51,997 nucleotides of DNA from Girardia tigrina (lineage: Eukaryota): assembly GCA_001938485.1 (NCBI GenBank), contig MQRK01217323.1:1-51997 (forward strand), written 5' to 3'. A model generated the notes under the pieces. The model saw only the letters and a list, made by a program, of their open reading frames with translations, did no database searches and was not told the origin of the DNA. The position numbers and the translations under genes are program-made. Positions 9,340 to 22,425 of this stretch are shown in pieces. Each line of letters starts with the position of its first letter. Within the stretch, counting starts at the first letter, position 1.

Positions 9340-10670
9340 ATGATGTAAAATTAAAAAGGAAGGCAGCTTGCTTTATTTCAATTAATAAATGTTGCAGCTG
9401 GTGGAACTCTAGCCGGAATTGCAGCAACTGTACAAAAAGCAAAAGAATCATAAAAAAGGATTTAGAAAAGAAAAAATTAGAAGAAATCAATGAAATAAAA
9501 GCAAAAGAATAGAAAGAGGGGTCTGGTATTTCAACCAGAGGTGCCCTCCACCTAAATTCATATGAAGTAACTGGTGTACAAAAATATTTTAAAGCATTGA
9601 TCTGATATGTTTGAGATAAAAAAACAAATTTTAAAATTTTAAAATTATGAAAAAAGGATGTACTAGCGATATCTGAAAAAAAGGAAATGGAATATATTTA
9701 GAACCATAAAAATAATATTTTAAATAGATTTAAAGAATTATAATGGACTATAAAAGATAATAAATAATTTTTTAATAGATATTAAAATTACGTGAAGCTC
9801 CATTTTCCCATTCTTCTATTTTTTCTTCGTAAAAAAATGAATATTGATCCAATAAATGAAAGATTAAAACATTATATTTTAAAAAAACAATTGAAAAGAG
9901 TATAATAAAAAACAGTTGCATTTCAAAATGAAGGAATTCAACTTCATATTGTCACAAATCAAATTGAAAAACATATAATTAATGAATTAATTGAAAATAA
10001 AAAAATGATAGCTATAGAAGGTGATTCAACCAGAAACACACTTGAAATAGGTGGAAATGAAAGAGAACTTTTAATTGAAATTGAAAATAGATTAAAAATA
10101 GATTAAAAGAATTACAATATGATTATAATGATCAACCTATAACTCTATTTCATAATATTGAACCAATATTTTATTATGTAAAAGTAAATCTAGAAAAAAT
10201 TGAAAATGCAACAACAATAATCCAAACATTAAGAAAAAAATATTAACTAATAAAGAATTTCAATGTATTACAATTAATAAAAAAGATTTTATAATTTGTT
10301 TAAAAGAGGGACCGGAATTAGATCACTATTATATTTTTAATCACAGTACTTCAGCAGATAAATATGATCCAATTCTTCTTAACAATCATCTTTTAAATTT
10401 AATGTTAGGAGATTTTAAATTTTAACAAAATATAGATGAAATGAAAAGATATTTTGAAATTTTAAAAGATATAGGATGTGAAATGCGAGGTAAATATATT
10501 TTAAAAAATATATGATGCTATTGAAATAAAATCAAAACCTTTTATTGCAATTCAGGATCCAGGAGTTAAAGAAATGCTCGATGAAATGGTTGAAAAGAAA
10601 AAAGGAGTTAATTACAAAGATTTAAAGATTAGAGATCCATCTCCGAATACCATATTTGCCGAATTATAAA
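9340..10670 (+). mobile_element. Possible decayed Polinton/Maverick (adintovirus-like) accessory genes
   Basis: AAGGTLAGIAATVQKAKE...KKKLEE...GSGI resembles Polinton small virion proteins. It is followed by an intronless, A-rich broken ORF (...LLNLMLG...DEMKRYFEILKDIG). No polB or capsid motif seen. Confidence 0.35.
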
Positions 10671-11473
10671 AATGTTGTCAGATAAAAATGCAGGACATAA
10701 TAATTTAGATAAACCAATAAAAAATTATGTTTTTATAAATAATAAAATGTTTTGTGTTTACTTATTGTCTATAATTTTACGAACAGGTTTTGAACATTTT
10801 TCTCTTATATACTTCTTATTTCGGTTTTACTATAGACTTAAAATTAAAAGAAAAAATTAATACAAAATAAAAGCTGTGAAAAAGGATCAAGAGTTCGATC
10901 ATCGTTCATCAAGTAATAATTCTCAGATAACCCTTGTTTATTCTGAAGCTATTAAATTACTTATGTTGATGAATCGTTCATGGTAAATGTGGTACTTTTC
11001 AAGCATGAGGAAGAGGGGCTATCAGTCCTTATCATTGAGTCCATCGGATTTCTGACAACTACATAACGACGTGTTACAAAGTCGATTAAATTGTCATCTT
11101 TAACGAGACACCTGAAGTAAACAACTAATATGCTATATTATCCGAGTACTTAAAAGACGAATAACTGAGGGGTCACAAACAATAATATCATCGATCCAAA
11201 GATTTAACTCGACATAAATTTTATTTGATACAACAAAAAATTAAATAGTAATTGAACAAAATAACTTCGTGTAAAGATTTGTTTTACATACAAAAGGTTT
11301 TAATAAAGACAGGTGCTGTAAATAAAATTCATAGTTCGAACTAATGTAAAAAGTTAGTTGTAAATGGTTAGAGTTATATTTAAAATTCGCCTTCACAATT
11401 ATTAATGATGTTACAAAACAAAGAAATGAAAAATTGCATATATTATAAAATTAATATGAATTGAGATTCTATT

Positions 11474-11867
11474 TGAGGCGAAGAACCTTTGGGAGAGGAT
11501 GCAGGCCGACCGCAGAATGCAAGGGGCACGCGGTGGACCGACGTTTATTTCCTTGGGGCTCTCTTTGCCTTCTCTTTATAAATAATTGATGTAGTTTGAA
11601 ACACAAGCTTTAGTCAGTCAGAAGTAATATCAACCCCTCCAGAAGCTGAGCTACCAGTCGGGTCATACTCGTCACTGGTAGAGAACCCGAAGGCGCTCCG
11701 ACATACACACAACTTGTTGATGTGCGCGGAGGAGACGCGTCTGTTGCCATAATTATTGATGAGTTATTGAGATAAGTCTGGGATAAGTATGAGTTGCCGT
11801 TTAACTCAAAAAAGCGGATGGGGGCTCTAAGCTTGGAAAAATTTTGTTGAGAGAGGGGAACGCGACA
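11474..11867 (-). mobile_element. Solo-LTR-like GC-richer segment
   Basis: Minus strand begins TGTCGCG (or TGTCGG at 11703), contains TATAAA then AATAAA, and ends CGCCTCA. No clean target-site duplication (TSD). Confidence 0.3.
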
Positions 11868-11922
11868 AATACAACTTTCAGAAAATTAAGTATTTAATAG
11901 ATTTCTATACGAAAATAATAAG

Positions 11923-12041
11923 TACCGTAAAGTTCGGCCCATATGACAGCCTTTTATTACTGAAATTTATTTGAAAATATGCTAAATCCTCGTTTTGACT
12001 TTAAAATTTAAGAGGGGGTCTCATAGGCCGGACGCACAGTG
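11923..12041. mobile_element. Degenerate pogo/mariner-type MITE
   Basis: taccgtaaagttcggcccatatgac with an imperfect inverted copy gtctcataggccggacgcacagtg. Confidence 0.3.
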
Positions 12042-14089
12042 CTTATTTTCTACATCAATAACTTTAAAGATTTATGTTTTTGCATCAAAATTAAATATTT
12101 TAATTTTTCAAGTAAGTCTTATTAAAAGAAAGATTTTACTACAAAATTTTAGGAAGGTCTGTTCTTTTTTTTCTGGAAAGATTATTACAAACTGAAAGTT
12201 TGTTAAAGGAAGGAAGTTTGCTCTACAATGATACTTGAATAATATGTAAAAATTATTCATTATATTTTTATTAACAACATCACAATTTGAATGCAAACAT
12301 TTATTTACAACACAAACAGATTCTTACAAAAACAATTTTCAGAGGTCATCTTTCTTTGATTGATATAGTTTTTGATNAAATATTCAAATATAAAAAAAAC
12401 AATGAATGGGAACTTTTAATATTACATTTTAATTTCTCATAATTTTATTGGATAAAAAGACATTATGTAATTTTTTAAAAATACATTAATTTTTAAAATA
12501 TATTAAATTTACTAAGTTAAAATCGTTTACTGAAAATATTATTAAAATTCATAATTATCAAACTTAAATTAATTAGTACTTAAAATTAATATCATTAGAT
12601 TAATTTCATTAGATTCAAATAATCATACAAAAATAACATATCAATCCCATCTGAGTAGGAGAGAGTAGTAAAAAATAAATGAATTATTATAGAATTTTTT
12701 TAGAGTTATATAGAGCAGATCAGTCGAATTGAATTTTGTTATTAGTTTTCTCCTTCGGAAGAATGAGAAAATGCATCAGTTAGAAAATAATATGCAGTGA
12801 AATCACAGAGAGAGATTGCAAGTACATTTAATGTGAACAATACATCATTATTCAAAATTATTTTTCAGACTTCCTAACAAATAAACTCCGAGAAACGTGA
12901 TTGGCTTTTTTAAGCTTTTAAGCGTATTATTTTTAAAGTTTATTTACTGATGAGACAACAAGGGCCTCTATTTTGTCTAGAGTAAGTCTGGGTCTAGTGC
13001 ATGAGTGTTAAAGGAGATGTTCCATACATGCCCCGTTTGAGGAAAGCTCATTGAAAATGTCTCATTCTCAGTGTTTTGTAATGTCAATTGGTTAATAGGC
13101 TGTACTTGGCTCAGAGAATGTGCACTGGTTTATAACGTAAGTTATCTAGAAACAAGGAATCCGTCTTTACCTAAAAACGCACCACTATAAAATCACTCGA
13201 AAAACTTTCTTAGAGTGATGAATCTTATAAGATGATTTTTGTCAATGAAAACGATGCCACTTTCTTCGGTTTCGTTTCCCTGGTCTGATGATTCTTATCG
13301 AATGACAACAAGAGGGTGACCACCAAGTCGTGTGTAAAATAAGATATCTACAAATAGATGAATTACAACATTTTTTCTTGTATAAATGAAAAAATATGCC
13401 AATAATGGAGATAGCAACCTTTAAAGTAATATTTCTTCTACAATATTCTCTGCTGTTAATACATCCACTATGCTACCAATACTTCATCATTGATTTAGAG
13501 ACCGACTATTGAAAAAATATATTGGAAAAGTTATTCACACTGTCGTCTAACTCAATATTAATTAATTTTTAAAATAAATGTTTTTTATGTAAAGATCTGA
13601 TATACAGTACTTCACAGACCACCCTCTTTCCATAGTTTTTAAAACGAGTCTGTACTAGCGTGTTTATATGACATAACAATTCGATGGTGGCATAATAACT
13701 GCTTGTCTATTTAAGCAAATTTAAAATGTTTATTGTTTTATGTATTCTCTCTAGCGGTCAATTTATAAAACAAAAATAAAATGAATGAAGAATAAACTAT
13801 TGAATATGATACCCGAGTATATATTATAATTAGTACATAATAGAATAAAACAGAATGCCAACAAAACAGAACAATTGAAAACCAAACCAAGTCGCTCGCC
13901 GTCACATCCGACATCGATTGATTCGTCTGATATCAACATATTCGATTAATATGTTTATTTACAATTAATTTAAGAATATCTTCATTAAACTAGTACTTTT
14001 ATAAATGTCATACAAGATAAAAGCAATATACAAGATTAGCAATAAATAGACATTCACGAATAATATTAATGTAAAACAGTATTACTTAC

Positions 14090-14251
14090 GAGTTTCGTTC
14101 GGTCCACATTTGGTTGCCGACTGTTAATGAGATACTTTGAATCCGTAACTCTTTCGAAAAAATCGATAACGTTATTAAAATCTATCTCTAAGAGTGGACT
14201 CTTGGCAGGCGCCTTGAAAAGAGTCTTCATAGTAATGAGAAAGCAACTGTG
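14090..14251 (-). pseudogene. NCAPG: Isolated 162-nt exon of condensin I subunit CAP-G
   Basis: AG|HSCFLITMKTLFKAPAKSPLLEIDFNNVIDFFERVT...|GTAAGT (compare NCAPG AFLPTLQTLANAPASSPLAEIDITNV). Neighbouring exons not found. Confidence 0.7.
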
Positions 14252-14307
<56 letters not shown>

Positions 14308-14371
14308 GATGTATACAAAAATANGCAGGCGCCTTGAAAAGAGTCTTCATAGTAATGAGAAAGCAACTGTG

Positions 14372-14419
<48 letters not shown>

Positions 14420-14492
14420 GATGTATACAAAAATATGAGAAAAAAATTTGGTTAAAAATGAGAGTCGTGCAAAATATAAAATATATTTTCAG

Positions 14493-14678
14493 GATTTGAC
14501 GATTTACGTGATCAAATATGTCGGATATCGATTTTCCATGGATTTAAATTCAATTTGATGATTATCGGACGTTCCGGAATCGGCAAATCGACTTTTGTCA
14601 ACAATCTGATTTTATTGGAGTCCAATAACGTAGAAAACTTGGTGAGAATCCATTGAATTTAATAATTTAATTAAAGCA

Positions 14679-14713
<35 letters not shown>

Positions 14714-14851
14714 GAGGAAAAAATTTGGCGAAATGTCATTTATTTTTTGCTAAATTATGCCAGGCAGCAGGTTCAAAGAATAGCATTGTAATTCAAAAGA
14801 CTGTATCAATCATCGTTTCATTTAGAAAATCTAAAAATCAGAGTCACCATG
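14493..14851 (+). pseudogene. Septin 5' fragment (two exons, 14493-14641 and about 14764-14851; second frameshifted)
   Basis: FDDLRDQICRISIFHGFKFNLMIIGRSGIGKSTFVNNL is the septin G1 box, followed by IQKTVSI and LKIRVTM|gtgagt. The DTPG exon is absent. Confidence 0.8.
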
Positions 14852-15829
14852 GTGAGTGAATAAAATAATGCCAGAGACAAAAAGACAAATTCTATTTTTT
14901 ACATTTTGCTTTTTATATGTATGTTTTGCATTTTTATATTATAGTTTATTGTTAAAATTATCTATATGAAATAAGTCTAGTTTAAATTTCTATTCGATTT
15001 TTTAGCCTAGATTTTAAAAATTTTATTCTATTTTTCTTAATTATTAATTATTTTATTGAATATTTTTGCATCAAAATTTGTAAAATTAATAGAAGTAACA
15101 CTACTAAAAAGCAATATCTTATATTTTAAAAAGTTATCCAATATCTTTTATAAAAATAATAAATTAAAAAAAAATTCTCAACAAATAATAACAATGAAAA
15201 ATTTTTCTTTTAGTCAATAGAAATAACAATTTTAATTGAAAGAAAATTTCAGCCAATACTAAAAAACAATTAATTAAATCAACGAAAAAAATGGCCAACA
15301 AATAATACTTAGAAATCACTTTGTTTAAATACTCATCACTTTTTACTTTTCGATTTGACCTTTTTTTCAAAATTTTATGAAATTGTTAAGAATCAGGAGT
15401 TACAAACGCAATGGTAAGTAGTACGTGAATGTGAATGTTTGGAAATGCAATTAATAAAATGCAAATCATATAAATTAATATAAGCATACCTGAAAAAATA
15501 TTTTTCATTAAGATTAGGTTACTTAAAGAAGTTTTTCAAAAATTTCTAATATTTTTTTCAATTACATAATAACTAACTTCACTGACACTTAAGAAAATAT
15601 TCACATAACCTTCTTTTGATGAATTTCTGCTTTTGAGATCGTTATATATCAATTATTAACTTATGCAAAAAATGACCAAATGCGAAGAATCAAGACTAAA
15701 CAATAAATATATGGACAAACAGAAAGACTTGTTACGTAAATTGTTAGAGAGAATTGGAAACGATCAAATTAAAAGTTTGATTAATCAACTTAAAACCAAG
15801 CAAATGGTGAATAACATCACAAAGCAATC

Positions 15830-16480
15830 AACGAAATTAAAACATGATATTCATACTAATGAGCATCCAGTACATGCCAATTTTATGCAACTGCTTGCAG
15901 AAAAATTAAAAGCAGCCAGAGAAATATCCAATGAGATGTTAGCCAAACAAATAAGGCAATATAACTCTGAATGGTCATCGGTGTTAATGAGGGCTAAGAA
16001 GCCGAATGGAGAGTTCTGTTGCGAAACTACAACAGGTTAAATAGAATCACTATATTTGACCTATATTTAGTCATTCTTATTAAAGATGTAACAACAAAAC
16101 TGAACCACGCAAAATTCTTCAGCAAAATTTACCTCGAGAAGACCTATTATCAGATCAATATGAAAAAAACGACATAAAAGCAATAATTATTTCGTTCGAA
16201 TTTTTTCAAGTTATTCAAAATGCATTTCGGTGAAAAAAATGCAGAATTTCCCTGCTAGAGAACCAAAGATCAAATCTTTAAAGATTTCAGCAACGTAGAC
16301 GTATACCTCAATGAAATTTTAATCGGGAGCGAAACTGTTGATCGACATAATTCTGATCTTAAAGAAGTATTCAGAAAACTTGAATAAATAAGTTTTAAAA
16401 TAAATTTAAATAAATGCAAGTTCATAATCGAAGAAATAAATTTCTCGCCCAAGCGTTATGGAGTACGTTCGTATGGATTT
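15830..16480 (+). mobile_element. Highly degraded Gypsy RT
   Basis: KHDIHTNEHPV...EKLKAAREISNEML...SEWSS; FSKIYLEKTYYQI; VYLNEILI (decayed YLDD). Confidence 0.75.
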
Positions 16481-16923
16481 CGTTGGACTTTTACCGCCAA
16501 ATAAGAGATTCAAATATCCACTTAGAGCAATATATAGTAAAACAAATTGGTTCTAGGTCAGCGCAACAAAAGAAATCTATGTGGATAAAATTGTACACTA
16601 GTTCGAACAGTGAAAGTGAATAACCAGATTTGAAAGTCCATTAAAGTTAATAACTTGCAAAGATATACAATTTGAATTTGGTTTATTCAAATCCCTATTT
16701 GTTAAATACTAGATCTCAAAAAGTAGAACAACAATTTATAACCTTCAATGTAATGGCGAAATCAAAACGTTTCATAAGAGATTTAAAGAAACTTTGAAAC
16801 CCATCGTCGAAAATAGAGATTAGTCAAGTAAATTACAAACTTTACTAGCTCTATCTTAAAACTAGCAATTGGTCGAAATAATCACCGACAATACAAGCAA
16901 TTTGAAGAAATACTTCAAAATAC

Positions 16924-17088
16924 TTCGGATGAAGACCACAACGACGTACCCAACGTGGTGAACAATGCGGGGATTTCGGATGAAGACCACAACGACGTAC
17001 CCAACGTTGTGAACAATGCGGTGATTTCAGATGATGACCACAACGATGTACCCAACGTGGTGAACTTGGTGATTTCGGATGATGACCA
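16924..17088 (+). repeat. 51-bp in-frame tandem repeat, about 3.3 copies
   Basis: Units start at 16924, 16975, 17026 and 17074 (last spacing 48 bp) and encode SD(E/D)DHNDVPNVVNNA(G/V)I. Confidence 0.95.
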
Positions 17089-17236
17089 GGCCGAAAAAAA
17101 GTTTATTGCTTTTTGTCAGTTAATTTTTGAAGTTTTTTATTTTTGCAGCATGGAGCATCCCCAAGAAATGTACCAACAAAGAACTTCAATAATGTTGAGA
17201 GTTATGCATCCACATGATTGGCCAGAGAAAGAATAA
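16925..17236 (+). CDS. 3' end of an unknown repeat-containing protein, with a probable 48-nt intron (17101-17148)
   Basis: Acidic repeat frame, then a GT..T-rich..GCAG intron, then a last exon MEHPQEMYQQ...WPEKE*. Confidence 0.4.
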   Translation, partial: SDEDHNDVPNVVNNAGISDEDHNDVPNVVNNAVISDDDHNDVPNVVNLVISDDDQAEKKFIAFCQLIFEVFYFCSMEHPQEMYQQRTSIMLRVMHPHDWPEKE

Positions 17237-18455
17237 ATTATATTGATAATTCATTACATTAATTCAGCATTATTAATACATTTTTGGGGCTGTTTTGTTA
17301 ATTATTTTTCCTAAATTTATATAAACTCTTAGACTTTGATAAAATGCTTATGTTTATTAATTTTATGAAGCACTTTCAAATTTAATTGAACTTTATGATT
17401 TTATGGATATCAATTTTAATTTAAATAAAGCAAGTGAAACAAAAATTGAGTTGAGTTCTATTTCACTTCTAAAACGAGGACTTGTTCAGTTTGTAATACC
17501 GGCCTCTGTTCGGACTTGTTTGAGCAGCTCTCGCTGCTATAGACTGATGTTTGCTATCATTATAATGCCAGTTTTCGCAAATAAGAATGTTTTATGAATG
17601 ATTTCACCATAAAAGATTTTTTAAAATGAAGTCATTAAATGAAGTCATATTTAATAATTTTATTCTGCTATTCTCAATAAACTTGATTTTTAAACTAACT
17701 TGTTTCCACATAATTTGTCATAATTTAGCAAATTCAAAATTATCNTCGAAATTTCCATTCGATCTTTAATTTTATTAAATCATACATGAAGATTTTTGTG
17801 TTAAACATCTAATAAGAAAGCAGATTTAATTTTTATAGAAATTGGTTTTATGATGAAGATAGTTTAGAAACGATACTTAGCTCGTGACAAATGATGGAAG
17901 TAATGAGGAAGTAATAATACTTGAACCTGAATAATTACTTTTAGTGATTTAGTAGGTGGATTTAGATAATTTTGCATGATATTATTCTCCATTATCTTAC
18001 TAAAAAGCTCTGGACTTATTTACAGTATGAAAATCGTTTCAGAAAGTGATCATTTTATTTCATTAAATCAGATTAGACTGGCATTCTTAACCAGATCTTC
18101 TAAATCTCAATTTCATTTGATCTTCGTCCATCCAACAATTATGATGGTAATGAACAAAAATATTAGGAGGGATACTATTTTTTGTATAGTCTTCAGTTTG
18201 AAGATTAACAGGGGCTTCAGTTTTATAAAATGGTTTTTTCATTGCCGGTTGTCTAAATTGTAGCAAATTTTATTCTTTTCATCTCAACAGTTGCGTTAAA
18301 AGTGTAATCAAATGATAAACTTATTAAACTCAATAATCTTGATCTCATACATATCTAACATTCTCTGTGCCAATCTTGTCCTTGTTCGTATTGATATATC
18401 AAGAGAGATATTATTATTTCGTGACCTAGTAGTAATTGTCGGAAATGTTTTATAC

Positions 18456-18860
18456 CTATTTTTCGGTTACCGTATATTTCTTTTGACTATTATCGAATTT
18501 CTTGCTATAATATGTGATTGGGGTCTCTTTGATTTGGTCAGCATACTGACTTAAAACTGATCCTGCAGCATATCCGCTTACATCCGTTGCTAGTACGAAA
18601 GGTTTCGGGAAGTCTAGATGAATTAATACTGGTGCAGTTATTAATTTCTGTTTCAATGACTCAAACGCTGCTTTCTGTTCTTCTCCCAATTCTAACCCTC
18701 GATCTTTATTTACTAATATTTGCATTGGTTTTACCAAATGCGCATAATCTTTGATGAACTTTCGATAATAATTTCCGAGTCTTAGTATTCTCTGAACATC
18801 TCGTACACACGTCAGCTGTGGCGCGTTTTTTAAGTTTTTCAACATTTCTTGGATCGGGTA
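18456..18860 (-). mobile_element. Gypsy RT-connection/RNase H fragment
   Basis: LGNYYRKFIKDYA...APVLIHLDFPKPFVLATDVSGYAAGSVLSQ...YTVTEK. Confidence 0.9.
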
Positions 18861-19174
18861 AATTCAAGTAGAAAAGAAACGAAATTACAGAAAGATTTTC
18901 AAAGTTATCCAAAGAAAAAGAGAATATATTTAAGAATTTCTTACAACACTACTGAACTACAAAAGTATAAAGGTAAAAAGGTCATGTGAAAAGACGGCTA
19001 CTTAAACCAGCCCGCCAAACGCGCACACACTCGCACATATATTACGTATATACAGTATATACACATATACAAATTTAAACACATCGGCGCTACACAAGGA
19101 TGACTCATGACAATGGAGGGAGTACAGTGCTCTTTTGACTCTGTGCGTCATTAACTAGCTACATCACTGTACTG

Positions 19175-19420
19175 ATGGCTGATACCTCGAGAGCTCAGAG
19201 AGAACGCGTGATAGCCCTTCGTCTGCACACAACAAAAAAGCACAGAGAGATTGCCACCGATTTAGGAATGCGTCAGTCAACAGTCACTCGTATCATCAAC
19301 CACTATAAGCGCACTGGCTCGGTGGAAACCCTGCGAAAGGGTAAATTTGGAACTTCAGCAAAAGTGAAGGAGGGTGAAAAACGCTACATCATTTGTGAAA
19401 GTGTTAAGGATCCACGGTAA
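19175..19420 (+). mobile_element. Tc1 transposase N-terminal paired-like HTH, truncated
   Basis: REIATDLGMRQSTVTRIINHYKRTGSV...KDPR. Confidence 0.8.
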
Positions 19421-19679
19421 CAACTGCAATGATCATACACCTTAATCAATCGACTTGACAGCGAATGTTCACTAACCTGTATTTTGGATATTTGTCTCTC
19501 CAACGAACATGAGTTATGACAGGATATTAAAATTTATTTACAAAATTAACTTTCATTATCTAGTCAGATGGAACTGTACGGAAGTTTTTTTTACTTTGGG
19601 TGTTACTAAATCTTTCCTAACTAAATCTTCCTGAAAAAAGTACTTTGATTATTCTAAAGCACTTATAAAAATTATTATT

Positions 19680-20430
19680 TGTGAGGAGAATTATTATATA
19701 AACTAATAAATGTATGTTGCGTAATTTATGTATGGAATGTTCTACGTGTTCTTTGTATTGTTGTGTAATAGGTCACGACCGAAATAATGTGTATGGTGAA
19801 ATGAATGACTGTATCTTTGACCCAGATTGATGACGGCATTAATCAATATATATACTGATGATATTCCTCATTTTATTGTCTTTTAAATAAATATTATGAC
19901 AGTCTAAGTCTTCTAACATGGCGACCACGACAGGACACTTAAATTCTTTTGTCACCACTCCCAAAATAGGACTCACCAATTACTATCGAAGATTTATAAA
20001 GGATTATACGAAATATTCGAAAGTTCTAGAATCAAAATAAAATTACAGTACACAAAATAAAATTTGTTGGTCAAACGACTGCGAGGAGGCGTTTCAAAAT
20101 TTGAAAAAAGAACTTACAAAAGCTCCAGTTTTAGTATTTCCAGATTTTTCAAATGAATTTATCTTGGATACTGATGCAAGTTTTGACAGAATCGGAGTGG
20201 TTTTGTCGCAATTGGACGAAAATGGACGAGAAAAGCCAATAGCTTATGGATCACGAACCATGAATAAGCATGAATTTGGCTATTGCATAACAAGAAAAGA
20301 ATTATTAGCTATTTTCTATTTTACCAAACATTTTAAGCACTATTTGTACTGAAAACGCTTCAAACTCCGTACTGATCACAAAGCCATAACGTTTATGTTG
20401 AAAACAAAGAAACCCATAACTCCTCAATTT
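19680..20430 (+). mobile_element. Gypsy 5' LTR (19680-19918) and primer-binding site joined to an RNase H fragment (internal deletion derivative)
   Basis: LTR termini TGTGAGGAG...CTTCTAACA. Within about 35 bp of the primer-binding site the sequence reads GLTNYYRRFIKDY...FILDTDAS...TDHKA. Confidence 0.85.
19919..19936 (+). promoter_or_regulatory. Primer-binding site, probably tRNA-Arg
   Basis: TGGCGACCACGACAGGAC immediately after the LTR CA; complementary to a tRNA ending CGUGGUCG-CCA. Confidence 0.7.
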
Positions 20431-21869
20431 GTATTGTATTGATTGAAAAAATGTTAAATGATTGCATCTATGCCGAGAAGCATCTCGGCTGATGACCAGA
20501 TGACTTCCAAACCACTAGAACGCGCCACACGATTTCCGCCCAGCTGAGGGTTATTATATGTTTATTTTGAGGGTTAATAGATGTTTAATGAAATATTTAG
20601 TTGAAAACTGAATTTGAAAAAAATTTTAGGTGTATATTTTGAACTAAGTGTTGTGCATCTATTTTACTTTCATTTCAGATAAAAAAATCGGAAATAAAGA
20701 GAAAATAAAGTAATTAATTTTGTCAATTGATATTTATCTATTTTTCACAAATTTATTTAATTGCATCAATATGAATATTGATATAAATTTTCTACCACAT
20801 GTGTCAGTTATCTTAGCAACTTTATTTAAAAAAATCTGCTATAAGATCAAGTGTACTCCACAAATTTATTTAATTGCATCAATATGGCTTTAAGTGAACT
20901 TGGTGCAGTATAATATAATATGAAAATTAAGATATTTTGAATCTAATTTAACTATTTCTTGAGCCCATGATATTTTTATTACCAAAACAAGGTAAAGGAC
21001 TTACTAAAAGAAATTTTATCATGAACTAGACGGTGAACCGGTTACATAATGATAAAAATATTCGGTTAATCGGGAAATCAAATAACTAGACAATTTGACC
21101 TCGAGAACTATAGTCATTGATCCTGAGTCTCTGATATGTAATTAAATAATATTACGGGTCACTTTGGAAAACGATCACAACTCCACGGGCCGCAGTTAAA
21201 ATTATATATCCTTATTATAAGATTTCAACTCCCTATAGATATTGTTTTGGAGTGAGAAAATGAAACATAGTATTATAGTGTTTACTAATATTCCTACACA
21301 TTAACATAGACAAAATAATAATAATCGTAATAAACGCACAATGTAAAGAAATATATCAACATAAATAAAATAAGCATTGAAGTAACAAATCATTAATTTT
21401 ACTAGTGCGATATTTGTTCGTCCATTCTTCTACTTAGCTCTTGCAAATCGATGTTTTGTGTTTATTCATTTCCAATTTCAAACGATTTGCAGTTGCAAGT
21501 TGAACCATAGGCGCAAACAACTTTTAGATTGTCTCTTGTGACGTAAGTATTACAAAAATCTTTTTTGATTCTGATGTTTCAAAAAATGTGTTTTAATTCA
21601 ATATTACATCGAGGGCATTCAGTTATGATTTTCTTTTTGTTTTTTTAATACTTTTGTACTTTTTCATGTGATTAAAAGTTCTCAAAATGAACATTTCAAA
21701 CTTTGAAATATCTCTAACCATTGAATTTTTACGTTTTCTACAGTATGATACAGGGAATCATAATTCAATAATGAAATACAATCGCTTTTATTTTACTTTT
21801 TGTTTTATTTATTACTTTTTGCAATACAATTTACGAAAATTAAATTTAATCAGTTGTTTTCATTGTGAC

Positions 21870-22425
21870 AACGCATTGCAGGTATGAATGTCATCTTGCT
21901 ATGGAAATTGCTTGTGTGAACTTGCTATTGAGGAGCTCGAACAGCAGAAGAATAACATGGCGATTGCCCCATTTAATGCATTGTTATAAGGAATGAGAGA
22001 GAGAAAGCGTCCTGATGTCAACGATTAAGGTCTTGTCTCTACAAGAATTACGAAATTAAAGCAATACTGATTTCACACCAATCATAGGAGCTCTGGTCAC
22101 ATTGGCTGAGAAACTTCCCCTGGTGCCTTGAGCGGATGAAATGAGCATTGCGGATACAGTACCTCCAAAGGAACAATCGCTGAAAGGCTGGCGGATGTGC
22201 TGAAAAAGTGTCATCATTTGTCGAATTCTCCAGCTGATGACAGTGGGAAAGTCGCTATCAAAAGAGAAATAATTTTAATCAATCGACTGGTCAGCGCGGG
22301 AAAATACTGGAATGTCTATATAAAGCCTCAATGACCATTCCACCTATAACTCTTGATGCAGAGCGATCTTTCTCTGCCAGTGGTCTTTTACGACGAGGCT
22401 TCGCTCCAGACTTTGTGATGATACT
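21870..22425 (+). mobile_element. hAT transposase C-terminal (dimerisation domain) remnant
   Basis: TGQRGKILECLYKASMTIPPITLDAERSFSASGL..TRLRSRLCDDT. Confidence 0.8.

Noticed and set aside
11651-11689. Stem ctaccagt/actggtag plus cgggt/acccg as a pseudoknot or HDV-like ribozyme
   Set aside because: Loop geometry is non-classical and the P3, P1.1 and P4 elements and catalytic C context are missing.
14205-14436. Tandem duplication around a single N
   Set aside because: The copies differ only in (TA)n length and abut an N, which fits unmerged alleles or contig overlap.
16924-17088. CRISPR-like array
   Set aside because: The units are contiguous with no unique spacers, the repeat is in-frame coding, the context is eukaryotic and there are no cas genes.
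20465-20512. Hammerhead ribozyme (stem ccgaga/tctcgg followed by CTGATGA)
   Set aside because: No stem II with GAAA and no valid NUH cleavage triplet.
20842-20855. 14-nt match to U2 snRNA (taagatcaagtgta)
   Set aside because: The flanks do not continue U2, and it is far from the Utopia-like element; likely chance.
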